Assembly: GCF_039654945.1 (NCBI RefSeq)
Contig: NW_027361899.1
Coordinates: 13,392,001 to 13,456,000, forward strand
Reading direction: 5' to 3'
DNA: 64,000 bases
Source: Dendrobates tinctorius
Taxonomy: Eukaryota
Shown: positions 39,747-48,913 of the stretch, piece by piece
How positions within the stretch are numbered: position 1 is the first letter of the stretch
Layout of the letters: each line of letters starts with the position of its first letter
Notes under the pieces: generated by a model
What the model was told of the DNA's origin: nothing
The model's input: the letters and a program-made list of their open reading frames with translations, nothing else
Databases searched by the model: none
Position numbers and translations under genes: made by a program

Positions 39747-41337
39747 CTGGTTTCAGCACATTTTGTGCTACTATAAATAGTGGCGTTAAAAAATTATAAC
39801 TCGTCCCACAAAGAACAAGTCCTTTTACAGATACAGGCACCTGGAGTAACAAGGTTATGGCTCTTTAAAAAGAGGAAACATACAAAACATTGAGAGCTGG
39901 GGGTCCGCAGGTTTCGGGGGCTCCTCTGCAGAACTCCTGCCTGTGATGACATGAAGAGAACGGTTTCGCATCTCGCCTGACGTGCAGTGATGTGGTCTCT
40001 TGGCTGTCTGAGTGCAGTCTGCAGCGGGTGGGGGGCACAGGATTAAGTCCCTGGGATTGGGCTGCGGCGGCGCTTGATCCTACAAGCTGCCTCTTCCTTA
40101 CGTTGCAATACTCTTGTCTTTCCACCAGGTGTCAGCAGTTGAGATCTCGCAGAGGATAAAGGCCAATCAGGAGGCCAAGGTGGTGTACGAAGAAGGTGGG
40201 AACTGAACACTTAACTGCTCACGTGTGCACTTCGGAGGACCCCTTTAACATAGAACATGTGACACTTATTTTTTGCTTGTGTCAAGTTAGTTTGCTACAT
40301 GTGTAATCTTCCCTCCTGGACTATACAGCCTGATAAAATGTAGCAAAGCATCAGAATGGTGGAGAGGGGTGTTCAGACTGTAACAGACCCTCAGCTGCGC
40401 ACAGCATAGGTCTGTACAGGTGTGCAGCCTCTGGATGGGCATAAAAATGGTCACAAACAGCAGGCAGATATGGTGACAAAGTTTTATTAAAAGTTGTAGA
40501 ACTTTGTCATCTGATAAAGCTTGATCGCAGAGATCCCCTCCCGGCAGCGTTACGTTAGTGACTACGGGGCAGCAGCTGTCGATTATTATTGGTCGGACTT
40601 AGGTGTGAGGACTCTGATTTTTCCGTTTTTAGTTAAATCTGCTTTTATGGTGCAAGCAATTATTAAAGGGGGTCCTCTGTGTGCAACCTGCATATTTGGG
40701 GGGCGAGGTTCCCATTTCTAATCTTAATGTTCCTTTCTTTTTGCCCTGGGATTAAAGATCAAGTTTTTTTTCTTGCAGAATCGTCAGGCGAGGAGTCCGG
40801 TGATGAGGATCACAACATAGACTCTGATGTAAGTACCAGACGATGATAGCGGTCAGCTACCACTGACTAATTGCTGCGGTGGCGGTAACCTAGGTAGTGA
40901 TCAATAAAGTATAGAATTAAAATTCCCTTAGTTCTTTAACGGAGAGGACTTTTAATAAACATTATACAATAACCATTTAAGGTTCAACAAGTGACATTGA
41001 GGAGTTAAACTAAGTTTTGTGGGGACATTCTGATTTTCTAGGTGAAATCTATATTGTGCAGTTCTATATTTTAACCACTAGGTGGCAATGTTGTGCTACC
41101 GTTCAGTTTGCAGCAGTGACACCTGGTGGTGAATTCAGTAAGTGCAGTTTTCTGTTCTATTACTATATAAATGAAGTAACAGCCAGATTATTTTTTTTCT
41201 TTTAGGAGAACTGGGAAGAAGGTGACGAGGAAGCGGAGACAGAGGAATCTGAAGAGGAGGATCCGGAAGAGATGAATGTGGACAAAGTTGATGGAGATTC
41301 AGACGCCGACCTTGGGAATGAAAGTGAAGAAGAATAA
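21236..41337 (+). CDS. WDR43: WD repeat-containing protein 43 (UTP5; SSU processome UTP-A), complete 18-exon CDS, 1974 nt / 657 aa
   Basis: join(21236-21445,25179-25313,26128-26249,26737-26857,27101-27240,27917-28019,29021-29085,29481-29652,30037-30123,30626-30760,31434-31571,31650-31736,37020-37051,38702-38765,38850-38963,40129-40195,40779-40828,41206-41337). All GT-AG, phases consistent, open frame; WD40 repeats, Utp12-like domain ([10 protein letters not shown]...[13 protein letters not shown]), acidic tail. Confidence 0.96.
21690..22570. repeat. GC/G-rich minisatellite, 40-45-bp unit (intron 1)
   Basis: GAGCACGGCGGCGTCATCCAGCCCCGGTTGCGGGA(G)n, about 20 copies. Confidence 0.95.
25179..25313 (+). 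CDS. WDR43: WDR43 exon 2
   Basis: [12 protein letters not shown]...[17 protein letters not shown]. Confidence 0.93.
25410..25975. repeat. 41-bp minisatellite (intron 2), followed by (GATA)n/(TA)n at ~26005-26070
   Basis: AGGCGCCATCATCCTCAGTCTCTGGCCTGTGTTTGTGTACA repeats. Confidence 0.95.
26128..26249 (+). CDS. WDR43: WDR43 exon 3
   Basis: [32 protein letters not shown]. Confidence 0.93.
26540..26618 (+). ncRNA. SNORD53: Box C/D snoRNA, SNORD53-like (intron 3)
   Basis: C GTGATGA 26545-51, TGGTTTCGCT, D' CTGA, guide CTCTTGGCTGT, D CTGA 26610-13; guide complements 28S ACAGCCAAG. Confidence 0.88.
26737..26857 (+). CDS. WDR43: WDR43 exon 4
   Basis: [32 protein letters not shown]. Confidence 0.93.
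27101..27240 (+). CDS. WDR43: WDR43 exon 5
   Basis: [14 protein letters not shown]...[16 protein letters not shown]. Confidence 0.93.
27917..28019 (+). CDS. WDR43: WDR43 exon 6
   Basis: [26 protein letters not shown]. Confidence 0.92.
28240..28975. repeat. 35-36-bp satellite (intron 6)
   Basis: TATAACTACTATAATACTGCCCCTATGTACAAGAA. Confidence 0.96.
29021..29085 (+). CDS. WDR43: WDR43 exon 7
   Basis: [22 protein letters not shown]. Confidence 0.92.
29253..29346 (+). ncRNA. SNORD92: Box C/D snoRNA, SNORD92-like (intron 7)
   Basis: C 29263-69, AATATGTGGTTTC, guide TTCCTTGGCTGTGT, D 29334-37, terminal stem GGCAGC/GCTGCC; the 2-nt longer guide shifts the target to the A in CAC[A]GCC. Confidence 0.9.
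29385..29460. repeat. (AT)n microsatellite
   Basis: Directly visible. Confidence 0.97.
29481..29652 (+). CDS. WDR43: WDR43 exon 8
   Basis: [16 protein letters not shown]...[12 protein letters not shown]...QPLIEKV. Confidence 0.92.
30037..30123 (+). CDS. WDR43: WDR43 exon 9
   Basis: [15 protein letters not shown]...VTK. Confidence 0.92.
30360..30450 (+). ncRNA. SNORD53: Box C/D snoRNA, SNORD53-like (intron 9)
   Basis: C 30370-76, GGTTTCGC, D' CTGA, C' GTGATGT, guide CTCTTGGCTGT, D 30437-40, stem CAGACT/AGTCTG. Confidence 0.88.
30626..30760 (+). CDS. WDR43: WDR43 exon 10
   Basis: VKTPVV...LVPGIPGH...KRKPGDKE. Confidence 0.92.
30955..31240. repeat. ~70-90-bp tandem repeat, ~4 copies (intron 10)
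   Basis: CCAGAGCTGCACTCACTATTCTGCTGGTGCAGTCACTG...TACATTACTGATCCTG. Confidence 0.9.
31262..31337 (+). ncRNA. SNORD53: Box C/D snoRNA, SNORD53-like (intron 10)
   Basis: C 31268-74, TGGTTTCGCT, C' GTGACGA, guide CTCTTGGCTGT, D 31328-31. Confidence 0.87.
31434..31571 (+). CDS. WDR43: WDR43 exon 11
   Basis: [13 protein letters not shown]...[22 protein letters not shown]. Confidence 0.93.
31650..31736 (+). CDS. WDR43: WDR43 exon 12
   Basis: [29 protein letters not shown]. Confidence 0.92.
32090..33915. repeat. G/GT-rich compound minisatellite (intron 12)
   Basis: GCCGTTATGC(TG)n(G)n units with stepwise variant turnover. Confidence 0.96.
34009..36875. mobile_element. Non-autonomous hAT-type element with giant internal palindrome
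   Basis: 8-bp TSD GAGACGAC (34001-34008, 36876-36883); TIR TAG(T/A)GTTGAGC; subterminal CCGATAC repeats; symmetry centre at 35591; two N gaps. Confidence 0.88.
37020..37051 (+). CDS. WDR43: WDR43 exon 13 (32 nt)
   Basis: [10 protein letters not shown]; tttag acceptor, gtgagt donor; restores frame with exon 14. Confidence 0.9.
37060..38640. repeat. ~50-60-bp minisatellite filling intron 13
   Basis: CATCCTGCTCCATCCACACGATCAGCACACACCTCTCCTGAAATACTCTGTGCTGCTGTG. Confidence 0.95.
38702..38765 (+). CDS. WDR43: WDR43 exon 14
   Basis: [21 protein letters not shown]. Confidence 0.92.
38850..38963 (+). CDS. WDR43: WDR43 exon 15
   Basis: [38 protein letters not shown]. Confidence 0.93.
39251..39603. 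mobile_element. Harbinger-type MITE (intron 15)
   Basis: TTA TSDs; perfect TIR GGGTGTGTGCACACGCTGCGGA. Confidence 0.88.
39937..40017 (+). ncRNA. SNORD53: Box C/D snoRNA, SNORD53-like (intron 15)
   Basis: C 39943-49, GGTTTCGC, D' CTGA, C' GTGATGT, guide CTCTTGGCTGT, D 40008-11. Confidence 0.87.
40129..40195 (+). CDS. WDR43: WDR43 exon 16
   Basis: VSAVEIS...AKVVYEE. Confidence 0.9.
40779..40828 (+). CDS. WDR43: WDR43 exon 17
   Basis: [16 protein letters not shown]; gtaagt donor. Confidence 0.88.
41057..41088 (+). promoter_or_regulatory. CTCF-like motif in the last WDR43 intron
   Basis: CCACTAGGTGGCA (41075-41087) with TGCAG 13 nt upstream. Confidence 0.5.
41206..41337 (+). CDS. WDR43: WDR43 exon 18, coding part
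   Basis: ENWEEGDEE...DLGNESEEE*. Confidence 0.92.
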   Translation, partial: ENWEEGDEEAETEESEEEDPEEMNVDKVDGDSDADLGNESEEE

Positions 41338-42087
41338 CTTACCCCGTATGGTGGACGTTTTGCTCAAAGGTGCCCATCTGTCACTGTGCAGACTGTGTGC
41401 GGAAAATGGCGGCGGCGTCAGGACCGGGACTGAGCGCAAGCAAACTGAATGTTCCTATAACCGTGTCTGCCTTTCTGAGAATCCCACCCGCCCTCCCTGT
41501 TCTCTGGGGTCTTCTCAATAACTTGCCACACAACATCCAGAGATGCTTTATGTGCTGGACTGCATTGCCACCTTCCATATCTTTTTATTTTTTTTCCTTT
41601 ACCCCTTCCTTGTGGGTTTTACAAAATAGACAGGAGAATTATATGTTCCATGGTAGCGGTGGCGTGCGGTTTTATATTTTCCACTGATGATTTTTGACGC
41701 AAAGCACTCAGCGAGTCTATGAAAGAAAGCTGAAAAACATTTCATAAAGCGATCACTAAGCGGACTAATATAGAGGGGGGGGGGAAAAATGGCGACCACC
41801 GCTGCGCCAACCAATTTTATGGTTTAGTTGCCGATCAATATGCAGCTGGATGAGACTTTCGCTATATAATTTTTGGCTATTAAAATATTTAATTTTTATT
41901 CTTTTTTTTTTTTTTTTTTTTTCTTTTAAATGAAGCAAAAAAATATAACTGCAGAAAGTTTTGTTTTTTTCACAAAGTTGCGTTCTCTTCAGGCTGCAGT
42001 GCGCCCAGTAACCTCCGGAATAATGTACAGTATATTTGTCTATATCTGAAGTTAATGGCAGGTTAATATCGCCACCTTTGTAAAGTG

Positions 42088-42093
42088 AATAAA
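42088..42093 (+). terminator. Likely WDR43 polyadenylation signal
   Basis: AATAAA ~750 nt after the stop, followed by pyrimidine/GT-rich sequence. Confidence 0.55.
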
Positions 42094-42892
42094 AAAATAT
42101 TCTAGTTCTCCTTTACCCCCTCGAGGTCCTTGTGCTGCTTTTATTGGTCCTTGGTGCGGAGATGGCGACGCTCAGGGACAGGAGAGAAAAATGCAAACAA
42201 AGCGGCTGAGGGTAGTCTGGGCTGCTGCTGTCACACCTACACCTGTCTGAGGGGGGGTCTCTTTAGGGGTCTCAGCGAAGGGCAAGTTATCACCAATGGA
42301 ACGTATTAGCGAAGATGGAAATAGTGAAAAGTTCTGCAAACTTCCAATCGACTGTATTGCTGTGTATTGCTGTTCACCGTTTTCCATATCTCTGCTTACA
42401 GACAATGGCTTGGACCTTTACAGTGTAATTATAATACAATTATATATAATTCACTTCCAATCGCTGGGGGTGTCTCAGGACCAGCTATGACTTACACGGT
42501 GGTCTTGCAGAGCGTTGGATGGATGCAGAGTTGTTGCTCAGTCTGAAAACACATGAAAAGCAGCACACTTAGAGCGGTGTATTTTCTTGCAACTGGGGTC
42601 TGAAGCCCTGGTCCCCTGCAACATATATAATGCTATAGCCTATGGTTGTGGTGCCACAGTCATATCGCATAGGGTTTACTAATCAGGAGTGTTGGGATTC
42701 TGCAAATCCATTGAGAAATTTCTCACAGTTTGTCTACTACGGTAGTAATGCCCAATCGTAGACAATCGTCAGTGAGATCAATCATCTGAAATCCAGACTG
42801 ATACATTGTAACGAACACATCGGGGCGGCAGGGATTTGTGCTGATGGATTTATACATGAAGGATTGTGTAGAGCGGATGCAAATGTAACAAG

Positions 42893-43069
42893 TAGTGATG
42901 AGCGAACGTGTCTGGTTCTCAGGCGTGCTCGAGTAATATATTCTAGTCCCTGCGGCTGCATGTCACACGGCTGCTGGGCATCCCTGCCTGTGTTGTGACT
43001 GCCTAACAGCCACGAATCATATTAGTCTAGCACACTGAGATACTCTGACAACATGGGCGCTCATCACTA
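42893..43069. mobile_element. hAT-type MITE
   Basis: TIR TAGTGATGAGCG; 8-bp TSD GTAACAAG/GTAACAAA. Confidence 0.82.
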
Positions 43070-44036
43070 GTAACAAACACTCAGCTGGGGCAAATGTTGG
43101 GCCTATAGTGTTTTGTTTTTTTATCTTGGGAGAACACTAATCTGAGATCCTAGTGAGATCGGGGGCCGCGCTCTACTCCTTTCTTACCTCTTCACCAGCG
43201 CCCCCCGGCTGTTGTATGATTTATTTTTTTTCATTGTTGTAAATACGCAAAATATAGTTTGGGCAATGTAGTAAACTATTTGCTAAAAAAAAAATGTAGA
43301 TACCATGAAGGGGGACTGTCCTCCCACCATTTCAGTGAAAGGGTCTAAAAAAGGGGCTTCACTTCATTGTGGCGCTACTGTGCATATTCGTTTAGACGGG
43401 TGTTCCTTCACATGCGGAAGCTTTAATGCAGAGGCCTCGCTGTCCATGTCTGTGATCTTCAGATTCTATGGCATTTGCAAAATGACAACTCGCAGGAATC
43501 TTGACACCCCCCCCCCCGGCTCGTATTGTTCTGGGTCACTGGAGGACCCCTAAATTGCCCACACACAGAATAGATGACTTGTGGATGGTGGGGGTCTGTT
43601 CACCGGAGTGGACAGACTTTGGCACTTCTATCCCCATCAGTACGGAGCGGCGCTTCCCATCCCAGACGGCTGCTCCATTCATTACTTAAGGAGCTGAATC
43701 CGAGCGCAGTGTTCGGCCGCAGCAGTGTTTTGCGCAGTTGTGGGTCGAAGAAGCTTAGAGATGAGAATGGATGACGCACAGACTATAAATGGATCCATGT
43801 ATGAGAAAAATAAAACGCTGACACACGGGCCATATCGCCCTCGAGTGGGTTCTGGGGCCGGAGTCCTCGCTGCTCCGGATGTGTCGCCTCTAGAGCTCTC
43901 TCATGGAATTTGCTTCAGCTCGTCACTGGTGTAAAGCTCTCCTTGCTGTCAATTAATGATGACATTCTTTTTTCATCCACATATGTATCTGCTCTAAGCT
44001 AAGGGGATACAATTGTATCTGGACCCCCCCGCCTGG

Positions 44037-44509
44037 TACATTGTAGCCAACCGGCATTGAGATCTCGCAAAGCATTGTCTGCACTGATACATTGTAGCAA
44101 ACCAGCAGCGAGATCTCGCAGAGCATGTCTGCACTGATACATTGTAGCAAACCGGCATTGGTATCTCGCAGAGCATTGTCTGCACTGATACATTATAGCA
44201 AACCGGCAGCGAGATCTCGCAGAGCATTGTCTGCACTGATACATTATAGCAAACCGGCAGCGAGATCTCGCAGAGCATTGTCTGCACTGATACATTATAG
44301 CAAACCAGCAGCGAGATCTCGCAGAGCATTGTCTGCACTGATACATTATAGCAAACCGGCAGCGAGATCTCGCAGAGCATTGTCTGCACTGATACATTAT
44401 AGCAAACCAGCAGCGAGATCTCGCAGAGCATTGTCTGCACTGATACATTGTAGCAAACCGGCATTGGGATCTCGCAGAGCATTGTTTGCACTGATACATT
44501 GTAGCAAAC
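44037..44509. repeat. 51-bp minisatellite containing palindrome GCGAGATCTCGC; last unit resumes at 45054-45097
   Basis: Directly visible; 17-aa periodicity in the ORF track. Confidence 0.95.
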
Positions 44510-45053
44510 AGATACAAAAAGACGCCCAGTACTCTATATGAAAAAAGAGACGGTAACCTGGATACATAAACTGCCATTACAATGAAAATTCCACTCCATA
44601 CATAATTGAGACAAAGAGAACAAAGGAGTAATGGATTCAAATATAATAAGTAAAAAAGTACAAACTTTATTTAGCACATGCACAGACAGGTATCATGTAA
44701 ATAGCAAAATTGCAAAAATCATGAGACGCAAACGGGACAGACTAGGAAAGGGGGAATAGAAGACTGTACACCAGCAAAGCCATAGCCACACTAGCACATG
44801 TAATGATGTTTAGCAGTAAGTAATACAGCCAGAATAGGCACATAAACTATAAAGGAGGGTGATCCTGCGAAAAGCAGTGTAGTGTTACCGGCAATGGCGG
44901 TAAGTTTAGCCCATAAAAAATGTCACTACAGCCACAGTGGGTGCATATATAGTTAATGCGGGCAACTTACCAGGTGGTGCGCAGTGGTCAAATCCAGAAG
45001 GCGACCCCCGACGCGCGTTTCGCACTCACACTGGACGCTTTCTCAAGGGGAAG
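44510..45053 (-). mobile_element. Penelope-like/retrozyme-like non-coding insertion
   Basis: 7-bp TSD AGCAAAC (44503-44509, 45054-45060); hammerhead-like motif at its minus-strand 5' end; minus-strand AATAAA at ~44666-44671. Confidence 0.72.
45006..45050 (-). ncRNA. Minimal type I hammerhead ribozyme, U3:A8 core variant
   Basis: Minus strand CCCC-UUGAGAA-A-GCG-UCCAGUGUGAG-UGC-GAAAC-GCGC-GUC^GGGG. Confidence 0.68.
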
Positions 45054-46267
45054 AGCAAACCGGTAGCGCGATCTCGCAGAGCATTGTCTGCACTGATCTG
45101 CAGACTTACTGGATACGATTGGGAGCCGCGATGTTTTCTTTCACTCTCTCCAAGCAATTGAATACTCACGTTTGCTTTTCTTTTTCTGCCTCCTCGTTTT
45201 CGTTGCCTTTATTTTTTGCACCAAAGCGGCCGCGCTGCTGCACGAGGTTCATGAATTTTGCATAAAATAAAACCTGCCTTTATTTTTTACTCATGCGTTT
45301 CACAAATTGGCACCAGAAATATCTTGCTCCCGTCCAGTCCCTGCGAGGCGCCTGCTGGGCAAACTTTCAATACATTTACGTCAAATTTTGCGACTTTAAG
45401 ACGTCACATTTGACGAATCTGTCGAACACTAGAATAAAAAAGGAGCAAATGAAATAATAAATCGTCCGGAAGAGTTTTAGAAACTTTGAGAACTTTTTAT
45501 TTCTAGAATGATAAACTTTTTATATTCCACCAAATCCTCAGAACTCGAGCCTCCCATCTTTACCTCCTTACTGATGGTTTCCCAACAGTAATAAAAACAA
45601 ACCTGAATATTTCTGGGTTTTTATACAGTGGTTCCACAATAACAGCGTCCTGGTTTCATATGCTGTGGATTCTTGTCGCCTGTCGCTCTGTTACCTGACC
45701 GGAATGTGAACAATATTAACTATTAACAGACTGTACGGGATAATTACCGAACCCATCCACCCGCAGCTTCCCAAAAAAGCCCCCCATCAGCGGTGACCCA
45801 TGGGCTAACATGGCAGCCATTCATGTTCAGAGTCTGTTATACAACTGGTTAATACTCGACTCATTCTTCCTCTTCTGCTCTTGTTGGCCGAGGGGGGTCG
45901 TGAGATGATTAAAGATGATTTACAGCCATGGGAACAGTTGTCAGGGCCAACACCGAAATAACTAGACCCCCGGACTGCTGATGGGAATATTAATGCCCTG
46001 TTTATAACATCTACAGAATAGAGGGGCACTTGTGCCTGAGCGTGGACAAGTGGGGGAGCCGAGATCAGATCCCGGGGCGACGCGAGACCACGAAGCTGCT
46101 ACAAGTGGTCGCCGTACAATGCTGGGAATCAGGTCAGTGCTCGATGCAGATGTGACACCGGGTATATACTGCTCATATATAGAAAACAAAACATTTACTG
46201 CTCGAGAGGACTGAGAAACTTCATAGAGAAACAAAGTAGGATGTACAGGAGGTTACATTGTATGCAC

Positions 46268-48913
46268 AAGAATATAACTTCTATAATACTGCCCCTATGT
46301 ACAAGAATATAACTACTATAATACTGCTATGTACAAGAATATAACTACTATAATACTGCCCCCTATGTACAAGAATATAACTACTATAATACTGCTCCTA
46401 TGTACAGGAATATAACTACTATAATACAGCCCCTATGTACAAGAATATAACTACTATAATACTGCCCCTATGTACAAGAATATAGCTACTATAATACTGC
46501 CCCTATGTACAGGAATATAACTACTATAATACTGCCCCTATGTACAAGACTATAACTACTATAATACTGCTCCTATGTACAAGAATACAACTACTATAAT
46601 ACTGCCCCTATGTACAAGGATATAGCTACTATAATACTGCCGCTATGTACAAGAATATAACTACTATAATACTGCTCCTAGATACAAGAATATAACTACT
46701 ATAATACTGCTCCTAGATACAAGAATATAACTACTATAATACTGCCCCCTATGTACAAGAATATAACTGCTATAATACTGACCCCTATGTACAAGAATAT
46801 AACAACTATAATACTGCCCCCTATGTACAAGAATATAGCTACTATAATACTGCCCCTATGTACAAGAATATAGCTACTATAATACAGCCCCTATGTACAA
46901 GAATATAACTACTATAATACTGCCCCTATGTACAAGAATATAGCTACTATAATACTGCCCCTATGTACAGGAATATAACTACTATAATACTGCCCCTATG
47001 TACAAGACTATAACTACTATAATACTGCTCCTATGTACAAGAATACAACTACTATAATACTGCCCCTATGTACAAGGATATAGCTACTATAATACTGCCG
47101 CTATGTACAAGAATATAACTACTATAATACTGCTCCTATGTACAGGAATATAACTACTATTATACTGCCCCTATGTACAAGGATATAGCTACTATAATAC
47201 TGCCGCTATGTACAAGAATATAACTACTATAATACTGCTCCTATGTACAGGAATATAACTACTATTATACTGCTCCTGTGTACAAGAATATAACTACTAG
47301 AATACTGCCCCCTATGTACAAGAATATAACTACTATAATACTGCCCCTATGTACAAGAATATAACTACTATAATACTTCTATGTACAAGAGTATAACTAC
47401 TATAATACTGCTCCTATGTACAAGAATATAACTACTATATTACTGCGCCTATGTACAAGAATATAACTACTATAATACTGCCCTTATGTACAAGAATATA
47501 ACTACTATAATACTGCCCCCTATGTACAAGAATATAACTCCTATATTACTGCGCCTATGTACAAGAATATAACTACTATAATACTGCCCTTATGTACAAG
47601 AATATAACTACTATAATACTGCCCCTATGTACAAGAATATAACTACTATAATACTGCTCCTATGTACAAGAATATAACTACTATATTACTGCGCCTATGT
47701 ACAAGAATATAACTACTATAATACTGCCCTTATGTACAAGAATATAACTACTATAATAATGCCCTTATGTACAAGAATATAACTAATATAATACTGCTCC
47801 TATGTACAAGAATATAACTACTATAATACTGCCCCCTATGTACAAGAATATAACTACTATAATACTTCTCCTATGTACAAGAATATAACAACTATAATAC
47901 TGCTCCCTATTTACAAGAATATAACTACTATAATACTGCCCCTATGTGCAAGAATATAACTACTATAATACTGCCCCTATGTACAAGAATATAACTACTA
48001 TAATACTGCCCCTATGTACAAGAATATAGCTACTATAATACTGCCCTTATGTACAAGACTATAACTACTATAATACTGCCCCTATGTACAAGAATATAAC
48101 TACTATAATACTGCCCCCTATGTACAAGAATATAACTACTATAATACTGCCCCTATGTACAAGAATATAACTACTATAATACTGCCCCCTATGTACAAGA
48201 ATATAACTACTATAATACTGCCCCTATGCGCAAGAATATAACTACTATAATACTGCTCCTATGTACAAGAATATAACTACTATAATACTGCTCCCTATGT
48301 ACAAGACTATAACTACTATAATACTGCCCCTATGTGCAAGAATATAACTACTATAATACTGCCCCTATGTACAAGAATATAACTACTATAATACTGCTAT
48401 GTACAAGACTATAACTATTATAATACTGCCCTTATGTACAAGAATATAACTACTATAATACTGCTCCTATGTACAAGAATATAACTACTATAGTACTGCT
48501 CCTCTGTACAAGAATATAACTACTATAATACTGCTCCTATGTACAAGAATATAACTACTATAATACTGCTCCTATGTACAAGAATATAACTACTATAATA
48601 CTGCTCCTCTGTACAAGAATATAACTACTATAATACTGCCCTTATGTACAAGAATATAACTACTATAATACTGCTCCTATGTACAAGAATATAACTACTA
48701 TAATACTGCCCCCTATGTACAAGAATATAACTACTATAATACTTCTCCTATGTACAAGAATATAACAACTATAATACTGCTCCTATGTACAAGAATATAA
48801 CTACTATAATACTGCCCCCTATGTACAAGAATATAACTACTATAAAACCGCTCCTATGTACAGGAATATAGCTACTATAATACTGCTCCTATGTACAAGA
48901 ATATAACTACTAT
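46268..48913. repeat. 35-36-bp satellite array, left part
   Basis: Same unit as 28240-28975. Confidence 0.97.
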
